Shown: one piece after another, positions 12,067 to 25,335 of the stretch | Layout of the letters: each line of letters opens with the position of its first letter | Position numbering within the stretch: the first letter of the stretch is position 1 | Source: Podarcis bocagei | Taxonomy: Eukaryota | Direction: 5' to 3' (one strand) | Length of the DNA stretch: 64,000 nt | Assembly: GCA_964188305.1 (NCBI GenBank) | Contig: OZ076888.1 | Position numbers and translations under genes: made by a program | Notes under the pieces: model-generated | What the model was told of the DNA's origin: nothing | Databases searched by the model: none | What the model saw: the letters and a program-made list of their open reading frames with translations, nothing else

Positions 12067-12148
12067 CAGAGTGTTCCACGAGCACTTCCTATCTAGCGGC
12101 AGCTAATGACTAGGCCCTTTGAAGCTTCACATAACAAGATCCAATTTC
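12067..12148 (-). other. Candidate 82-nt non-coding exon (5'UTR or poison exon)
   Basis: Minus strand: GCCTTTTTATTGTAG|GAAATTGG...CACTCTG|GTAAGA. Stops occur in all three frames. Unique sequence. Confidence 0.45.
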
Positions 12149-12720
12149 CTACAATAAAAAGGCACATTATTACCAAAGGTACCAAGCATCTGCATGCTCA
12201 CAATTTGATTGCAGGACAGAATATACAATGTCAAGTACCAAAAGCTCAATAGGCTACTGTTGTCTGTCCCTGACACATCCACTTTCCCTCAATGGCACTA
12301 GGATGGTTTGCCTGCTACCCACAATGGATCTTCTTCATTCTGTGCTCCAAAGTAGCAGTTTAATGGCACCCATGTCATGTTGGGGAGAGCTATGGCCACT
12401 CCCTTGAAGCCAGGATGTCCTCTACAAAGCTGCCCCATAGGGCTGTTTCATAAATATTCCCTGCATACAGGTTGTACTTGTGGAACATTTTTTTTTTGGG
12501 GGGGGGGGGGAGAAAGCCTCATGCTCTTGGGCCATGTAGCGAGAACAGGCACCTACGTATGTGAATCCCAACACAAGCATGAGTATATACTCTCGTTTTG
12601 CAGTGGGCAGACCACGTGTGTGGGGCTGCCTGAAAAGGAATTTCTCCATAGGCTCCTAATCTCATTCAAGGCAAAAGTTCTTACATGCAATAGGGAAGCG
12701 TGGGTGTTTAGTTCCACAGA

Positions 12721-12852
12721 AGCAGGTTAAAAAAGAAAAGAAAAAATGAAGGAATGAAGGAACTCCAGATGCTACAAATTAACATTTATTTGAGCTCACA
12801 GCAAATGCCATTTGTAGCATGTGGAATTTCCACTTCCTTTTTTGGGGCCTGC
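12721..12852. repeat. Imperfect palindrome, probable foldback MITE remnant
   Basis: GGAACTCCAGATGCTACAAAT pairs with ATTTGTAGCATGTGGAATTTCC, centred on TGAGCTCA. Confidence 0.6.
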
Positions 12853-12950
12853 TAGTTGTGCCACTCCATTTCTGTGGCCATTCCACTGTAGCACTGCATG
12901 TACAGTCTATGTAGCATGGCTTTGAGCAACCCTACCATTAGCCCATACTG

Positions 12951-13083
12951 CAGGGGCAGCCAATGTAGCTCTTCTCCAGGTGTTGCTGGACTCCCAACTG
13001 CCATCAGCTCCAGCCAGCATAGCTAGTGGTTAGGGATGATGCCAGCAATGGGCCAGGGGGCGGTACCAGGTTGGCTAGCCCTG
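12951..13083. mobile_element. hAT (Charlie-like) MITE of about 130 bp
   Basis: TIRs CAGGGGCAGCCAA / TTGGCTAGCCCTG. Other copies lie at 25157, 30104 and 42560. Confidence 0.8.
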
Positions 13084-16000
13084 CCACAGTCATTACGCGG
13101 CTCTTTCTTTTAGAGCCTCCTTTCCCAACCTGGTGCTCTCCAGACATTTTCCCATCAAGACGAAGACAAAGTTTACCAATTACCCTGGCAAATCACAGTG
13201 TTTTCTGGGGAAAGCTATTTTGTCAATGGGTTGCTTATAGGCAATGTGCCTTCTATGTGCTGTTTTAGCAGCCAAGCATGGTCTCCTAGCAGGCTGTCTT
13301 CCATAGGTCTGAAGAGCCACAGTGGGAGAATGTCCACAGAAATATTTATGAATTTTCAAACGACCATCGATCTTGACTAGATTAATGCCAAAAAGCGCTA
13401 TCGTTGTCCGGTCTTCTAGGTAACACTCCCCTATCTCAAAAACAGCCTAATTAAAGGATCACCTACTGGATGGCTTCGATCTGTAGGACTTGCACTTCTA
13501 CCAGGGCCATATAATAGTCATTCTGCATTATATGCTAGGAGGCAATCTTTCAGTTCAGCAGTGAGATTCTTTGAAACTCCCTGCCTCTTAATATTACATG
13601 GATACTCACTATACTGATTTAGATGCCAGCTACAAACATTTTGTTCTCAATTTGGTTATATATAACTAAATAATATAATTTAGTGTATATATATGCTTGA
13701 AATTTGCTAATATTGTTTGAAATGGCCCTGTCATTTACAACTAATACCTTATCAGTGTATTTTTTTTATTTGGAAGCAATTATTTTCACTCAAGAGCAAT
13801 GCTGACAAGCTGTATCTCTGTATTCTCTTCCTTACCTACCATTACTGCTGATTAACTGAAACAACCCTAAATCTGAAGGTTTATTTGAAGCTGTCTACAT
13901 AAACAGCCTGAGATATTTACTTTCTGTAAGCAAACTGTTTTACTTGCCACCCCTTTCAGGTAAACTGCACATCTTAATGTGCAATAATATTGTTTGTATG
14001 TCAGCATGAATATGTAACAGCCCCTACGCTTTATACAGCTTCAGCACTACTGCAATCTTTGGGGTTTTCTGGGGGCAGCGTGCGCTTCCTGATCCAGCAG
14101 AGGGAGCACAGAAACAGCCAGTGGAGGCAAAGCAAAATTATAATTTGTGTTCCTTATTTGTAGGCGATGCTGAGTATTTATTACAGGGAAGATCTCTGTG
14201 TTGCAATAAAGCAGAGGGTGTGTTGTTCCTTGATCACAGAACCAGGCTCACTGTTAACATAAGACAAGGAAAGGTTTTGACGTATGTTTACTTTACTGGC
14301 CTGAGTGTCCAGCAAAACAAAGTGAATTGTTGCAGTTTCTGTCATCAGGGAAGTACAGATTTCTGAGCTACAGATTCTGCAGGAGAGTAATTAGACAGCC
14401 CTAACACAGTGAAGATGACAGCTACCAGGAACACCACAGTCAGGCAATGTATTGGGAGTAATTTTGTTGAGAGGCGATCAGAATCAACTGGGAACAGTGA
14501 AGAGAGCTCAGACAAGCCCTGGGTCAAATCATACCAATGCATACAAAGTCAACTTAAAAAAAGAGAGGAAGTATATATTTCAAAGGTTAGATTGGAAGGG
14601 ATATTTTAAGCACAAAACAAACCACAGGTTTCCAGGAAAGCAGATGTGGAGAAAATGGACTAGTGAAGAGCTAGCAAGTAGAAGGCAACAGTGGAAATGT
14701 TTCAAGCCCAAAAGGGGCCATGGAAAGATATTAACACGAGAGAAGCAGCACCAGGTCCTGGAAAGCAAGAAGTTTTGCAGCTGTGAAAAGATATGAAGCC
14801 AACAGTTGGAAAACATTTAGATTTTGTTCAGAGAAATTATAAAGGTGCAAGGGGTGGGGACAGATACTCCCAGCCTCAACCTCTCTGGCACACTTTCCTC
14901 TTTCTCCAGTAGCAGCACTATATCTTGATTTTATTGCTTTCTTGGTGTGTTTTATTATGTGCATTGATCCTTGATCCTGCCCTTGGGTGGTTATTTTTAA
15001 GGGTGAGATATAAATGCATTAAATAAATAAATGCCACTCCTTTACCTCATGAAAGGGCCCAAGAGAGGCATGGCCAGGATGCTCCCCAGAGGTTATTTCA
15101 TCTCACCTCAGGTGACAGCAACAGGGAGCCCTATCATCTGCCCCTCACTTCCAATACAGTTTAAAGGTGCGATTCTTCCTGAGTAGTGAGGACAGGAAAT
15201 GCACCTGGAACACTCCACTGTGCGGTTTCCAACTTCCTATGACTAAGAAAACTGGTCAACCATCTTCAGCAGGTGCCCAGGCAAAGTGGGCCAAAGGATG
15301 GCAACACACAGCCACATTTGGAACAGTGACACTTTCCCTGCACACTGTGTCTCCAGACAGGCTTCTATAGCACAGGGCAGGACTGGTGGGTGCTGAACAC
15401 CCTTAATCCAGCCCCACAAGTCACCTTGCAGGGACACAATGTTGTGCTTGACACAGGGTAACTGCCAACAAATAAGTTCAGAAAGTTGTGGGTGTTTTCT
15501 GCAATTCCAACTACTCAGAAAAAACGCCCACAAGCTAAGCCCCCTTAAAATGAGAGACATTCATTTGAGGGACAGCCTACCCAAGAGCAAAAGTGTGAAG
15601 GATCCGGGACACAGATTGAAGGAGCATCATCTTTGTATTGCAAGAGTAAATATCAACGCTCTCCTAAGACAGCCTCATATAAAGGCTGGAAAAGATGTAG
15701 CTAATTCTTTCAGCAACTTGCATGTCCTCAGAGAAGCCCTGCTAGGATATTGCAGGATCTGGTTCTCAGGTGCTTACCCAGAGAGAGGCAATCAGGCAAG
15801 CAGTTAATAAGGGCCTGTTAGCACATGTTAGACTTGGCACCAAGAGAACAGGTGGTGTTCCAGAAGAGTGGAGCTTCAGAGGCCTTCCAAAAAATCTGCC
15901 CTGAATACCTAGAGGCTTACAAGGATATATTTCTAGATGCACAAATCATTGCTCCAAGCAGGGTTGCCAGTTTGCTACCCAGAAATTTGCTCAGACCCTT

Positions 16001-17629
16001 TACAATTCCTCATGAAGCATTTGCAGCTTCTCCTGTCTCTGTCCCTCTCCCTGTTCCTTTCATTCCCTGCCCAGAGACACCCCCCTTCCCACATTTGCCT
16101 TACTGGCTTTGTGGCAGGCCTGCAGTGAAAGGCAGATTTGGTATTGGGGACGAGGGAGGAGGGAGAGAGGAGGACAAAAAGACCAGGGGAAGAACTCTGC
16201 AGGAGAAGCCACACATGCTTTGTCTCATCCTTCATCAGTTTTTGGGTTGTTTTTTTAAAAGTACAGACCAGGATTATAACCCGGCAATCGTGGTTTAAAA
16301 CAATTCTTTCCCTGCACCCCTACTTCTAAGTCGTCGTCGTCATCATCATCATCCTAACGATAGACGAGACAAAGGGGAGGAAGGGGGCAGCTTGTGTGCT
16401 ACGAAGAAAGGTCTGGGGAAGTGGTCTGCACTATGCACTAGCATATAAAACTTTAAGTGAGCGTTAAAGGGGAGGGGGCTGCCAGCCAACCACTCCTCTT
16501 AGATGCTGTCCCACAGTGATTGATGGTGAGGGAATTAGAAAGGGGCCTAGAGACTGTGAGGAGCCTGGTACTGTATGTCTCTGGGTGTAGCACATGGCCT
16601 GGGGACCCTTTACAGGGCTTTGAACCTATAAGCCTACAGTGGGTAACCGTTCCCCTCATCCCAGAGCAGACACTTTGGTGTCCCGTCCACCTTGCCTCCT
16701 GATGGTCTCAAATGCAACTTCTGAAACTTTTAACCTTCTCCTTTCCAAAACAAATTCTGAAAAGAGGCTCAGAGCTGAAAGGGAAATGATTCCCAGTGGA
16801 CAAAAGTCTACATTATTTTCTTCTGGTTATTTAGCTCACTCTATAAAGTGTTTCGTTTAGAAGATCTAGCTTGGCGGAATATGCTCAAATAGTCATCTTC
16901 AGATCTGCATATCAATATTCAGGGTAAGCAGCATGCGGAAAACACGTTTTTCTGAATAGGCAGTTGGTGTTAGCTAAACTGGGTAGCCAAGTTATTAAGT
17001 TTCAGAAGGTACAGAGCAGCAGAACAATGAATCAATCTAGTACTAAACCTTTTGTGCACTCCTGCCTCTTAGCACACCTATCACCCACACATTTCTACCA
17101 CTACAGAAAGCTTTCGTGTCCTTGTCTGACAGAGGAGAAAGTTCATACTAAGCTGGTGGAACAGGTTTTTAATGCCCTCTTGGCAAGGTGCTAATAGATG
17201 CAATGCTACCATGAACATTTTCCTCCTGTCGTAGGCTGAATGATATTTATTTATAATGCACTGGCTCATGGCAGAAGACTTAAAAAATATATATTTTTTG
17301 TATTTTAGTTTACATAGGTATATGATTATATATAAACATACTGGAAAACACAAAAACATATTTCCCCCCTGGCATCCTCCACTGGGTATAATGTGCCTAC
17401 GCTAATCACTGGTGGCACATTTATGTTTTTGACAGAAAAAAGAAACAGGTTTCTTTCAATATTCAAAAATCTGCAATAATTTGTTATTCAATACAGGTGA
17501 TCAGACAAATGGCTGTCTACATGAATGAACTGAAAAATACATGAAGATTGAACAGCAATCATTATACATATCCGGGGAACCTATGGAACTACAGGTGGGG
17601 TTGAAATCCAGTTCCAACAGACCCAGATT

Positions 17630-17960
17630 GTGTGGTCATCATCTGAGGCCCTTCTTCATGTGCCTTCTCCACAAGAGGTCTGGAGGGTGGCAACATGAGA
17701 ATGGGCGTTTTCTACAATGGCTTCCCGCTTGTGGAATGCTCTCCCCAAAGAGGCTCGCCTGGCACCTTCATTACATATCTTTAGGTGCCATGCAAAAACG
17801 TTTCTCTTGAACCAGGCCTTTGGCTGATTAACTATGGCCTTTTAAAATCAGGTGGAATGTTTTTAGTGTATTTCTTTTTTTTGGTTTGATATATCTATGC
17901 AGGGTTTTGTGTCTGTCTCGTTGCTTGGCTGTAAGTTGTGTTGAGTTGCCCTGCGCAAGA
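17630..17960 (+). mobile_element. L2 3' end
   Basis: GCGTTTTCTACAATGGCTTCCCGCTTGTGGAATGCTCTCCCC (AFSTMASRLWNALP) followed by a T-rich UTR. Confidence 0.8.
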
Positions 17961-18514
17961 TACGGCAAGTAACTAACTAACTTCTCTAATTAGCTACATC
18001 CTGCATGACCAAAGGTCAGTGAGGACTGGAGTTTTAGTCCACCAGCATTTAGGGTGGGCAGGGCAGGTTTCTCATTTTTGCAATAGATGGCTGCATTAAA
18101 ACAAACATCTTAGGCCACTGGTCATATTGGTAGTATGGCACACAGAAGGGGATTTGTATGCAGTGCAACATTGGCCTGTACATCATGTTTTTGGTTTTTT
18201 TTAAAAAAAGGATTTCACAGGGAGAGGGTGACTAGCTGCAAATGCAGACAAGTCTTCTGTAGTTTTAATGCTAAAGCAGAATAAGAAATTTCAGCAGGTG
18301 CACCTTTGCTCACCTTGATGTGGTAAGCAATTCTCCCTTCTTATCATTAAGATACAAGAGCCCCACTTTTCCCTTCATCTTATAAACCTAGAGGGGAAAA
18401 GGTAGATGATGGTGATGATTTATTATTTGTATCCCACCCATCTGAACAGATTGCCTAATCATATGGGCATATATGCTTTCTTTTTTTAAAAAAAGTCCTC
18501 TTCTTGCAGGTCAT

Positions 18515-18645
18515 AATAAACGATGGATTCTGTGATTGAAAGTGCTGTAGATCAGTCCTAAAAGGAACCAAATCTGGGTTTGAAAGACCCCCCCCCCAAG
18601 AGAAATTACAGAGCTGGGGAGCTGCCACCAAGAATGCCATACCAG
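18515..18645 (-). mobile_element. Degraded L2 3' fragment
   Basis: ORF 18455..18670(-) contains AFLVAAPQLCN, compared with L2 AFSVAAPRLWN. Confidence 0.55.
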
Positions 18646-20039
18646 GAAAAATAAATATGCAATATTTCACTTCATGGTTTGGGGTATTTGAAATTCAGAT
18701 TTTGTGTACGTCTCTATTTTGAGTGTATTTATATTCCCTTTCTCCCCAAAATGTTTCTGCTCTAATTAAAAGACAAAAATGCCTAGCAAATCACACCTAA
18801 ATCCCCCTCACGCTGGCATGGATTAAAATGCAACAAATCCTGAATACAAATAATGTAAGATTTTCTTAAATTCTACTCAAAATTTGTACTTTTTGCACTA
18901 TAAGGAGGCTGATATTGAACAACAATAAACATTGAAATTGGGTGAAGGAGATGCTGTCATTTATTTGTGGAGCATAACAGTGTATTAATAGTATTACTCC
19001 CTTGTCAGGCAGTGTACAGCTCAAATAAGCAGCGCTGGGAGTAAGGCATTAGAGCTTTACGGAAAGTGCTACAAGGTTAACACAAGGGAATATTTGCAAG
19101 GGAATAAAGACAGGAAGAAACCTTTGGGAGAGAATGCCCCTAGCCTGGGAGTTCGGTGATTGGGAGGAACCAACTATGTCCCCATTTCTCCCTAAGCAGT
19201 GCAACTCCTCTTCAGACTGAGCAGCAGACAGATCACAGAAGAAAGATATTTAGCTGTCCCTTAGCTGCCTGCCACTTAAATATGCTCACTTAATTGCTAC
19301 CCATTGCCCTGCCTTTCTGGGTCCCACAAAGACTATGGCATTAAGTACCTGGCACTCATTTGGTTTCCAAGCTTAGCAGCAATGAGGTGCTTTCTGCATC
19401 AAAAAAAGAAGTAGTACAGGTCCATGAAGTCCAGTCCCAGCAACCCAGAGAGGGAAAGAAGTGAGATTGGTTTGTTATGAAAGAGGGAGTTATCAAAGAA
19501 TCCTTTGGAGTCACATAGCCTGTGTACCTCCCTCTCCTCCAGGCAGCAGAGAAGGTTCAGGAAATTAATTTTACTGAAGTGTTGACACTCTAGCCGGTTT
19601 GTGACTCAAAAGAATGCCCAAACATTTAATAAGCAGCTGCATTTAATCAAATTTCCTACAACTCCTAGGTGTGGGCTAACTATGAAGCCCCTCGACTCAA
19701 ATTCTTGGATGGTCCACAGATTGGCATGGTGCTACATCTAAATCTGTACTGTGTTCCCCAAGAATGTTTGAGCAAGTTCCCTTTCTATTTTCCTACTCAA
19801 TTTTAGAAAGTCCTGTCTTACAGTACTAGTTAAAATACTGATGATCAGACACTAGCCTTTTAAAATTCAGGGATCAGAGGTGCTGTTCTGTTTTCTAATA
19901 AAGGGAAAGGGGATTTGACATACATATTGGAGGATCTCACCAACTCTCTCTCTTGCCTGAGAAAATTTCACATTTAAAATTGAAATAAACCCTCCCTACA
20001 CTAACAGTGCTTTAGCAGTGTGATGAAAGTAAAAAGAGA

Positions 20040-20447
20040 GGGGAGGATAGAGTTTTTCTTTCCTCATAAGTTTGGGATTCATCCACTGAAAGTGATTGTC
20101 ATGAGATGAAGGACAGACAAAGGGAAGAGTTTTTACAGTGCACAATGAATTCTGAAATTCACTGCCAAAAGATGTGGTGATGGCCACTAACTTGGATGGC
20201 TGTAAAAGTGGATCCAGGGAGGATGGATTTATCCATGGCTGCTAATTATGATAGCTATATGCTATCTCTCACTTGAAAGGTAGCATGCCAGTGAACATCA
20301 GTTGTTGATGGACAGCAACAAAAGAAGTTCATTGCCCTCACGTCCTATTTGTGAACTTCCAATAGGCATCTGGCTGGCCATTGTGGGAAACAGGATGTGG
20401 AACTCCATAGACCTTTGGTCTGATCCAGCAGGGCTATTCCTAGTGTA
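20040..20447 (+). mobile_element. Older CR1 3' end
   Basis: AATTCACTGCCAAAAGATGTGGTGATGGCC (NSLPKDVVMA) and 3' end GGCATCTGGCTGGCCATTGTGGGAAACAGGATG...GGTCTGATCCAGCAGGGCT. Confidence 0.82.
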
Positions 20448-23400
20448 TAGACAGCAGGCACAAGGACCCAGTGGAGGCCAAGGAGGGTACCAGCCAAAGC
20501 AATGGAAAATGCTCCATGGCCATGCCACTATCTTGCCCTTTCCTTATGGGTTGAAGCAGGAATAAGTAATGTGGGGTTATAAAACAGTGCAAATCCTGTG
20601 AACTTGTCCTTTTCAGCAAAACTGTGCAAGGTGCTGTCTTGTGATACTCCTATATGACCACTGAACTGGATTGTCTCCTGGTAATGGGAAAGACCACAAG
20701 ACTAAGGAACCTAGTGCCTCATTTTGAATCAAGAATCTAGCCTAGATTGAACTAGGCCTGTGGATACACAGATCCTTTGAGTCTACTTCAAACACGGAAG
20801 GAAATAGTTTTGTGCAGCAATAACCCTTGCAATTAGCAGGCAGTGTCAAGCCTTTGGATTGACCAAGCCTACTACATATATTCTAGCAGGATCCTGTGCT
20901 TTTGTATTGTCAACAAAGCAGAGTTTTCTGTTGGACTTGGGGATCCCGGACCATATTTTAGGCCTGGCCATGACACAGATTCCTAACTAGAATACCTACA
21001 GAAGCTCTTTTTCCTTCAATTCATGTGAACGTAGCCACAGTTGCCCTGTTCAGCTTAGTTGGCACAAATACTTGGTGGGCATGAACATTCTGCTTGTGTC
21101 ACATCAGGTTTCTCTTAGGCAGGGCTGACTGAATGCCCCAAAGGCTTGTTTGTTGAGAGCAGAAGTCGCCTTAGATGAAATAAGAAACTGTAGGCAGGAG
21201 GAGTCCTTCAGAATTAACACTTAAAAGCAAAAAAACTGCTAGTGCAGGTGACTCATCAGCTAGTCTGGCAACTTTTGTTGCTTTGAGAATCAGTGATGGG
21301 TGGATGACCAAGAAAGAAAGCCCAAATCTGCATGAACAAGGTTGATATGAAAGTCTAACAAGGGGAAGGGCAAGAGTGTTTCAGTGTCTTCTTAAACAGA
21401 TTATTGCTACATAACAGCACTTAACCACCCACCTAAGTGCGAGCCTCAGTTTTAATTTTCAAATGAAAGTATCACTCATAGGTGCATAAATGCTGGGGCA
21501 AGATTAGACTTGCTTGTTTTTAACCATTCAGTTTCTCTCTTTCTCTCTGGTGAAATGCAATAAGCGTAACTTTGACACCAAAATTATTACCCTTCAAAAC
21601 ACAGAGGGTGCTTTTAACTTTGCACATAGCAATTATAGGCAATTGTTATTTTAAAGTGTGAAGGAGGACAAAAATATCCAAAAGACAAACTTGTTTGATT
21701 GAAGGATTCCAGTCTGGGAGAGTTTTACCTGCAGACAAGCCAAGCACCGTCTCCCCCCCCAAAAAAACCACACTTGCTAAATCTATCCCAATTTCAACCC
21801 AACAAAAAAAGTAGAATCCAGAATCAGTAATGCCAAAAACCTTTAAATACTAAGACCTCAATACAACTAACAGGAAGTTTGCCAACATAGGGGAAAGATA
21901 ATGAGTGGAAGGAAGAGAGAAGTATATACTTGACTGGACATTAGGAATATGCAACTTGTTAATTCTCTCTGAAAGGTTCCATGTCACTGTTATAAAACAT
22001 ATATTACTTATTATTTCTTTCTCCTGTTATTGTTTTAAGTGCACATACCTCTCTGCTTGGACTGCTGTGCCAAATAGGTATACCAAAATGTGTGGTAACA
22101 ATATGCACCCTTCAGGTATATGAATGCCACCCCCAAGCTGCAATCACACAAACTCACACACCCAGATGGCTGTCATGGAGTCCTTTGTATATAGCAAAAA
22201 CATCCAAGACAGCTGGTACCTGAAAAAGCAGGTCCTCGTAAACACAAAGACCAATAACACAATTTCCATAAGGCACATGTATGTAATGCATTCACAAATA
22301 TCATATGAGTATTCTAATTCTCCTGTGTCAGCCTGCTAAATGAACAACTTTGCAGTGATGAGCAGGAGGTCTGGCAACTTCCAAACAGTCCAGACTCCCT
22401 GGAAATGATTAATTCTACACATCAATTCCTAAGCTTCGTCACTAACTCAAGTGATAAAGGGCTTGATGAGGGCCGAGTGTCCAAAAGAAACCCACCACTC
22501 AACACAAAACTGATTGCCCCAACATCATGGCTACAAGAATACATGTGGGAAATAGGAATTGAGCTGCAAACCCAGGGGGTGAGTGGCTAGATGCAGACAT
22601 TCCATCCCCATGACCCCAACATGCAATTTGTTCAATTATAACAGATGATATTCAGAATTCTCTTCAAGTGATTTATCAAAGGAGAAGTTACGCAACTTGT
22701 CCCTTGACTGGTAGCCCTGCATATACATTCCAAGACAGGAAGGGAAAGCTTTAGGATACAATCCTGGGGCTTCCCTTCCTAATGAAATGCTGTCAGCTTG
22801 AAGAAATAGAATTTATGAAGAACTGACAATCCAATGAGACAGCTAGAAAGCACAGAAAATACTATAGGGTTGTTGTATGCCAATTTCCGTCCTCGGTCAT
22901 GAAAATAATGGCTTGGGCCTCAAATACTGCAGTATAGCTAGAGGTAAAGCAGACCAAGAAAGAGCGGAAAGAGTAGGGCTTCATTAGCCCACAAAATGCC
23001 AAGGTGCCTTGGAAAATCATGAACATCACCAAAATAGGTGCACTAGCATTCTATCTTATAGTCCATCTAAGTTACTAAGGGGGTGGCCTCTGCTAACTGA
23101 CAAGTATTTCTCTGCAAAGAATCCCATCCTACATCTCAAAAAGATCTGCTATATATTACAGGCTGTCAATTCCCGATAGATTCTACTGCAGAAAGAGTGT
23201 GAAGACAAAGCTCATTCACCAGCTATGCCTCCGGGGTTTTAACTGAGGTTTCAAGGTTTTAGCCCTCTACTCGGGATTTCCAGGAGAAGCAGTTATATAT
23301 CAAGAGCGAGAAGCCAGAAGCAATGGAAGCAAGCTTCCTCTTCCAGCTACATTCTTTTCCCTACTTTCTGCAGAAGACGAAGGTGTAAATACCAATGAAA

Positions 23401-23843
23401 TGAATGAAAGCAACTGAAAAAATATTGCAGAGGCGACAATGATCCTGCCCTGAGCATCATTAAGAAAGCTACCCAGCTCTGATGTTACTTGTACTCTCAG
23501 GATCTGAGCTTAAATGGCCTGCAAACCCTACAATTTACCCACACTAAGATTCCATAGTCCCCTGGTTAACTGGAGGTTTTTGTTTTGTTTTTGTTAGTAC
23601 TAAAATATAATATTGGCATTTTATGCTTCTAACTGGTTTTGGGGGGACATTAATTTGTAAATGTTTAGCAAAATCTACAAAATTGGTTACTGAATGTTCA
23701 GAACTCTTATTTCTAAAAGAAATTATTTAAAGACACCCCACCTTGCTGCAGTTTTTTTAAGAAGTTATGGGGACTCTGAAAACAAAACAGAGATTTTCGG
23801 TGAGAGAACAGAGTGCCTCTTTCACTGTGGCTGTCTCACTTAC

Positions 23844-23894
23844 CGGAAAACTCATGTCAATGACAATTTGCCACACGAAAGCAAGGTGCTGAGC
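23844..23894 (-). other. Candidate 51-nt frame-preserving exon (AQHLAFVWQIVIDMSFP)
   Basis: Minus strand: CATTTTACTGTCAG|GCT...CCG|GTAAGT with a consensus donor. Open in phase 0. Confidence 0.3.
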
Positions 23895-24581
23895 CTGACA
23901 GTAAAATGCAGTTGTGAAAACCTGTGGCGCTAGCTTCACCCTGCTATCATTCTCTCTATACACAAACGTAGAGTTACATTGCCGTTTTCAACAAGGAACC
24001 TGAACAGATGGCAAGCCGGGTATTACATGCATGCTCCAGAGCAAGGCTTCTCAAAGAGTCACAGCAGGCCCCTCTAAACCGGAGAAACGTTGCAGAAAAA
24101 AGTAAAGATAATTAAGGCCAATTCACGTGACCGTTTGTGGGGGGACGGCTTATTTTCCACCAAGGCTGTTTTTTAGCCAGCTTAGCTAAACATAAAGATG
24201 GCAAAGAAATCCTTTGAGCTCTACAACAGAGTGATTTAGCAGGCTTCTGCCATGGCATCCAGATGCTTGGGCTCTTCCCAAGGTGTTTCTGTCCACCCCA
24301 GCAAATATGGCTAGGGCTGCATTAGATAAAAAATCTGCACTAATACCTCAAAATAAGGCTAAAAAAAGAAGAAGCTGGATTCCATGACCTGCATAACTTA
24401 TGTACATTTAACATAAGTACTTGATTTCCCTCGTTTTACATAATTTATTCTGTTCTTGGTAGGCATAGGGTAGGGGTCAGAGGGCTTTGCGAAATAGCAG
24501 AGCCTCAACTTATGACCTTTGGAAATCTTATTCAGCCTTCTGAGATGTCCATATACTTCCAAGCATTTCCTTGCAGTCCTA

Positions 24582-24793
24582 GGGTTGTATGCAGTGCTGC
24601 ACTAGTGGGGTTGTGCTGGCGCAATGGAACTTCCATTTTCCCTCCTCCCCCAGCACTGAATCCACTTGCCCCAACCCTGGTGAGCTGATTTTGAGGGTGA
24701 CCCAGGGGGCTGCAGGGGACAGGAAATGACTTTCCATTGCGTGCATGGAAGAAGTACCTTGCACTGGTGGAGCTAAAGCACTGGATACAGCCC
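24582..24793. mobile_element. MITE with GGG-starting TIRs (PIF/Harbinger-like)
   Basis: GGGTTGTATGCAGTGCT pairs with AGCACTGGATACAGCCC. A decayed relative lies near 55430-55625. Confidence 0.7.
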
Positions 24794-25156
24794 ATAGTCT
24801 AGTTTTTTAAAAAATGAAATAAATAACAACAACTCAGATTTTCAAGAAGCTGAATTCTGTGAATTCTAAGGAAATCTTCGGGGGGTGACCATGGCCACAG
24901 AGGGTCCTAATAGAGGCCCCATGGCAGAGGTGCAGGCCCCAGCGCAGTTGCCGTTACAGTGCGCACACCCAGCTCACTGTCATGACATGACGTCACAGCA
25001 TGTTGCATGCACACCAGGCAGAGTAGCAAGGCAGAGTAAGGTCTTTGAGCCTGAAGGCCCTGGAGAACCACGTTCAAACACTAGGTCAGCCTACATAATC
25101 AGATGTTATGATGACAACTCTCTGGGGAGTTCTTCATCCTTTAAAAAAATAATAAT

Positions 25157-25255
25157 CAGGGATGGAAACCTGTGGCCCTCTAGATGTCCATTGGTCAAGG
25201 ATTATGGGAATCGAAGTCCAGCAAGATCTGGAGGATCACAGGTTCCCCACCCCTA
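25157..25255. mobile_element. hAT MITE, internally deleted
   Basis: CAGGGATGGAAACCTGTGGCCCTCTAGATGT pairs with AGATCTGGAGGATCACAGGTTCCCCACCCCT. Confidence 0.8.
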
Positions 25256-25335
25256 TTTTAAATTATTTTAATTGGTTGTCTTTATTTTTAGTACATTTAT
25301 ATATTGCCTTTTTAATCAAAAAAAGATCCATGTGT

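Noticed and set aside
14400-14830. Purine-rich overlapping ORFs
   Set aside because: Composition suggests an old antisense LINE remnant. There is no protein motif.
15825-16298. 157-aa ORF
   Set aside because: No recognisable domain, Pro-rich low complexity, and no convincing splice context.
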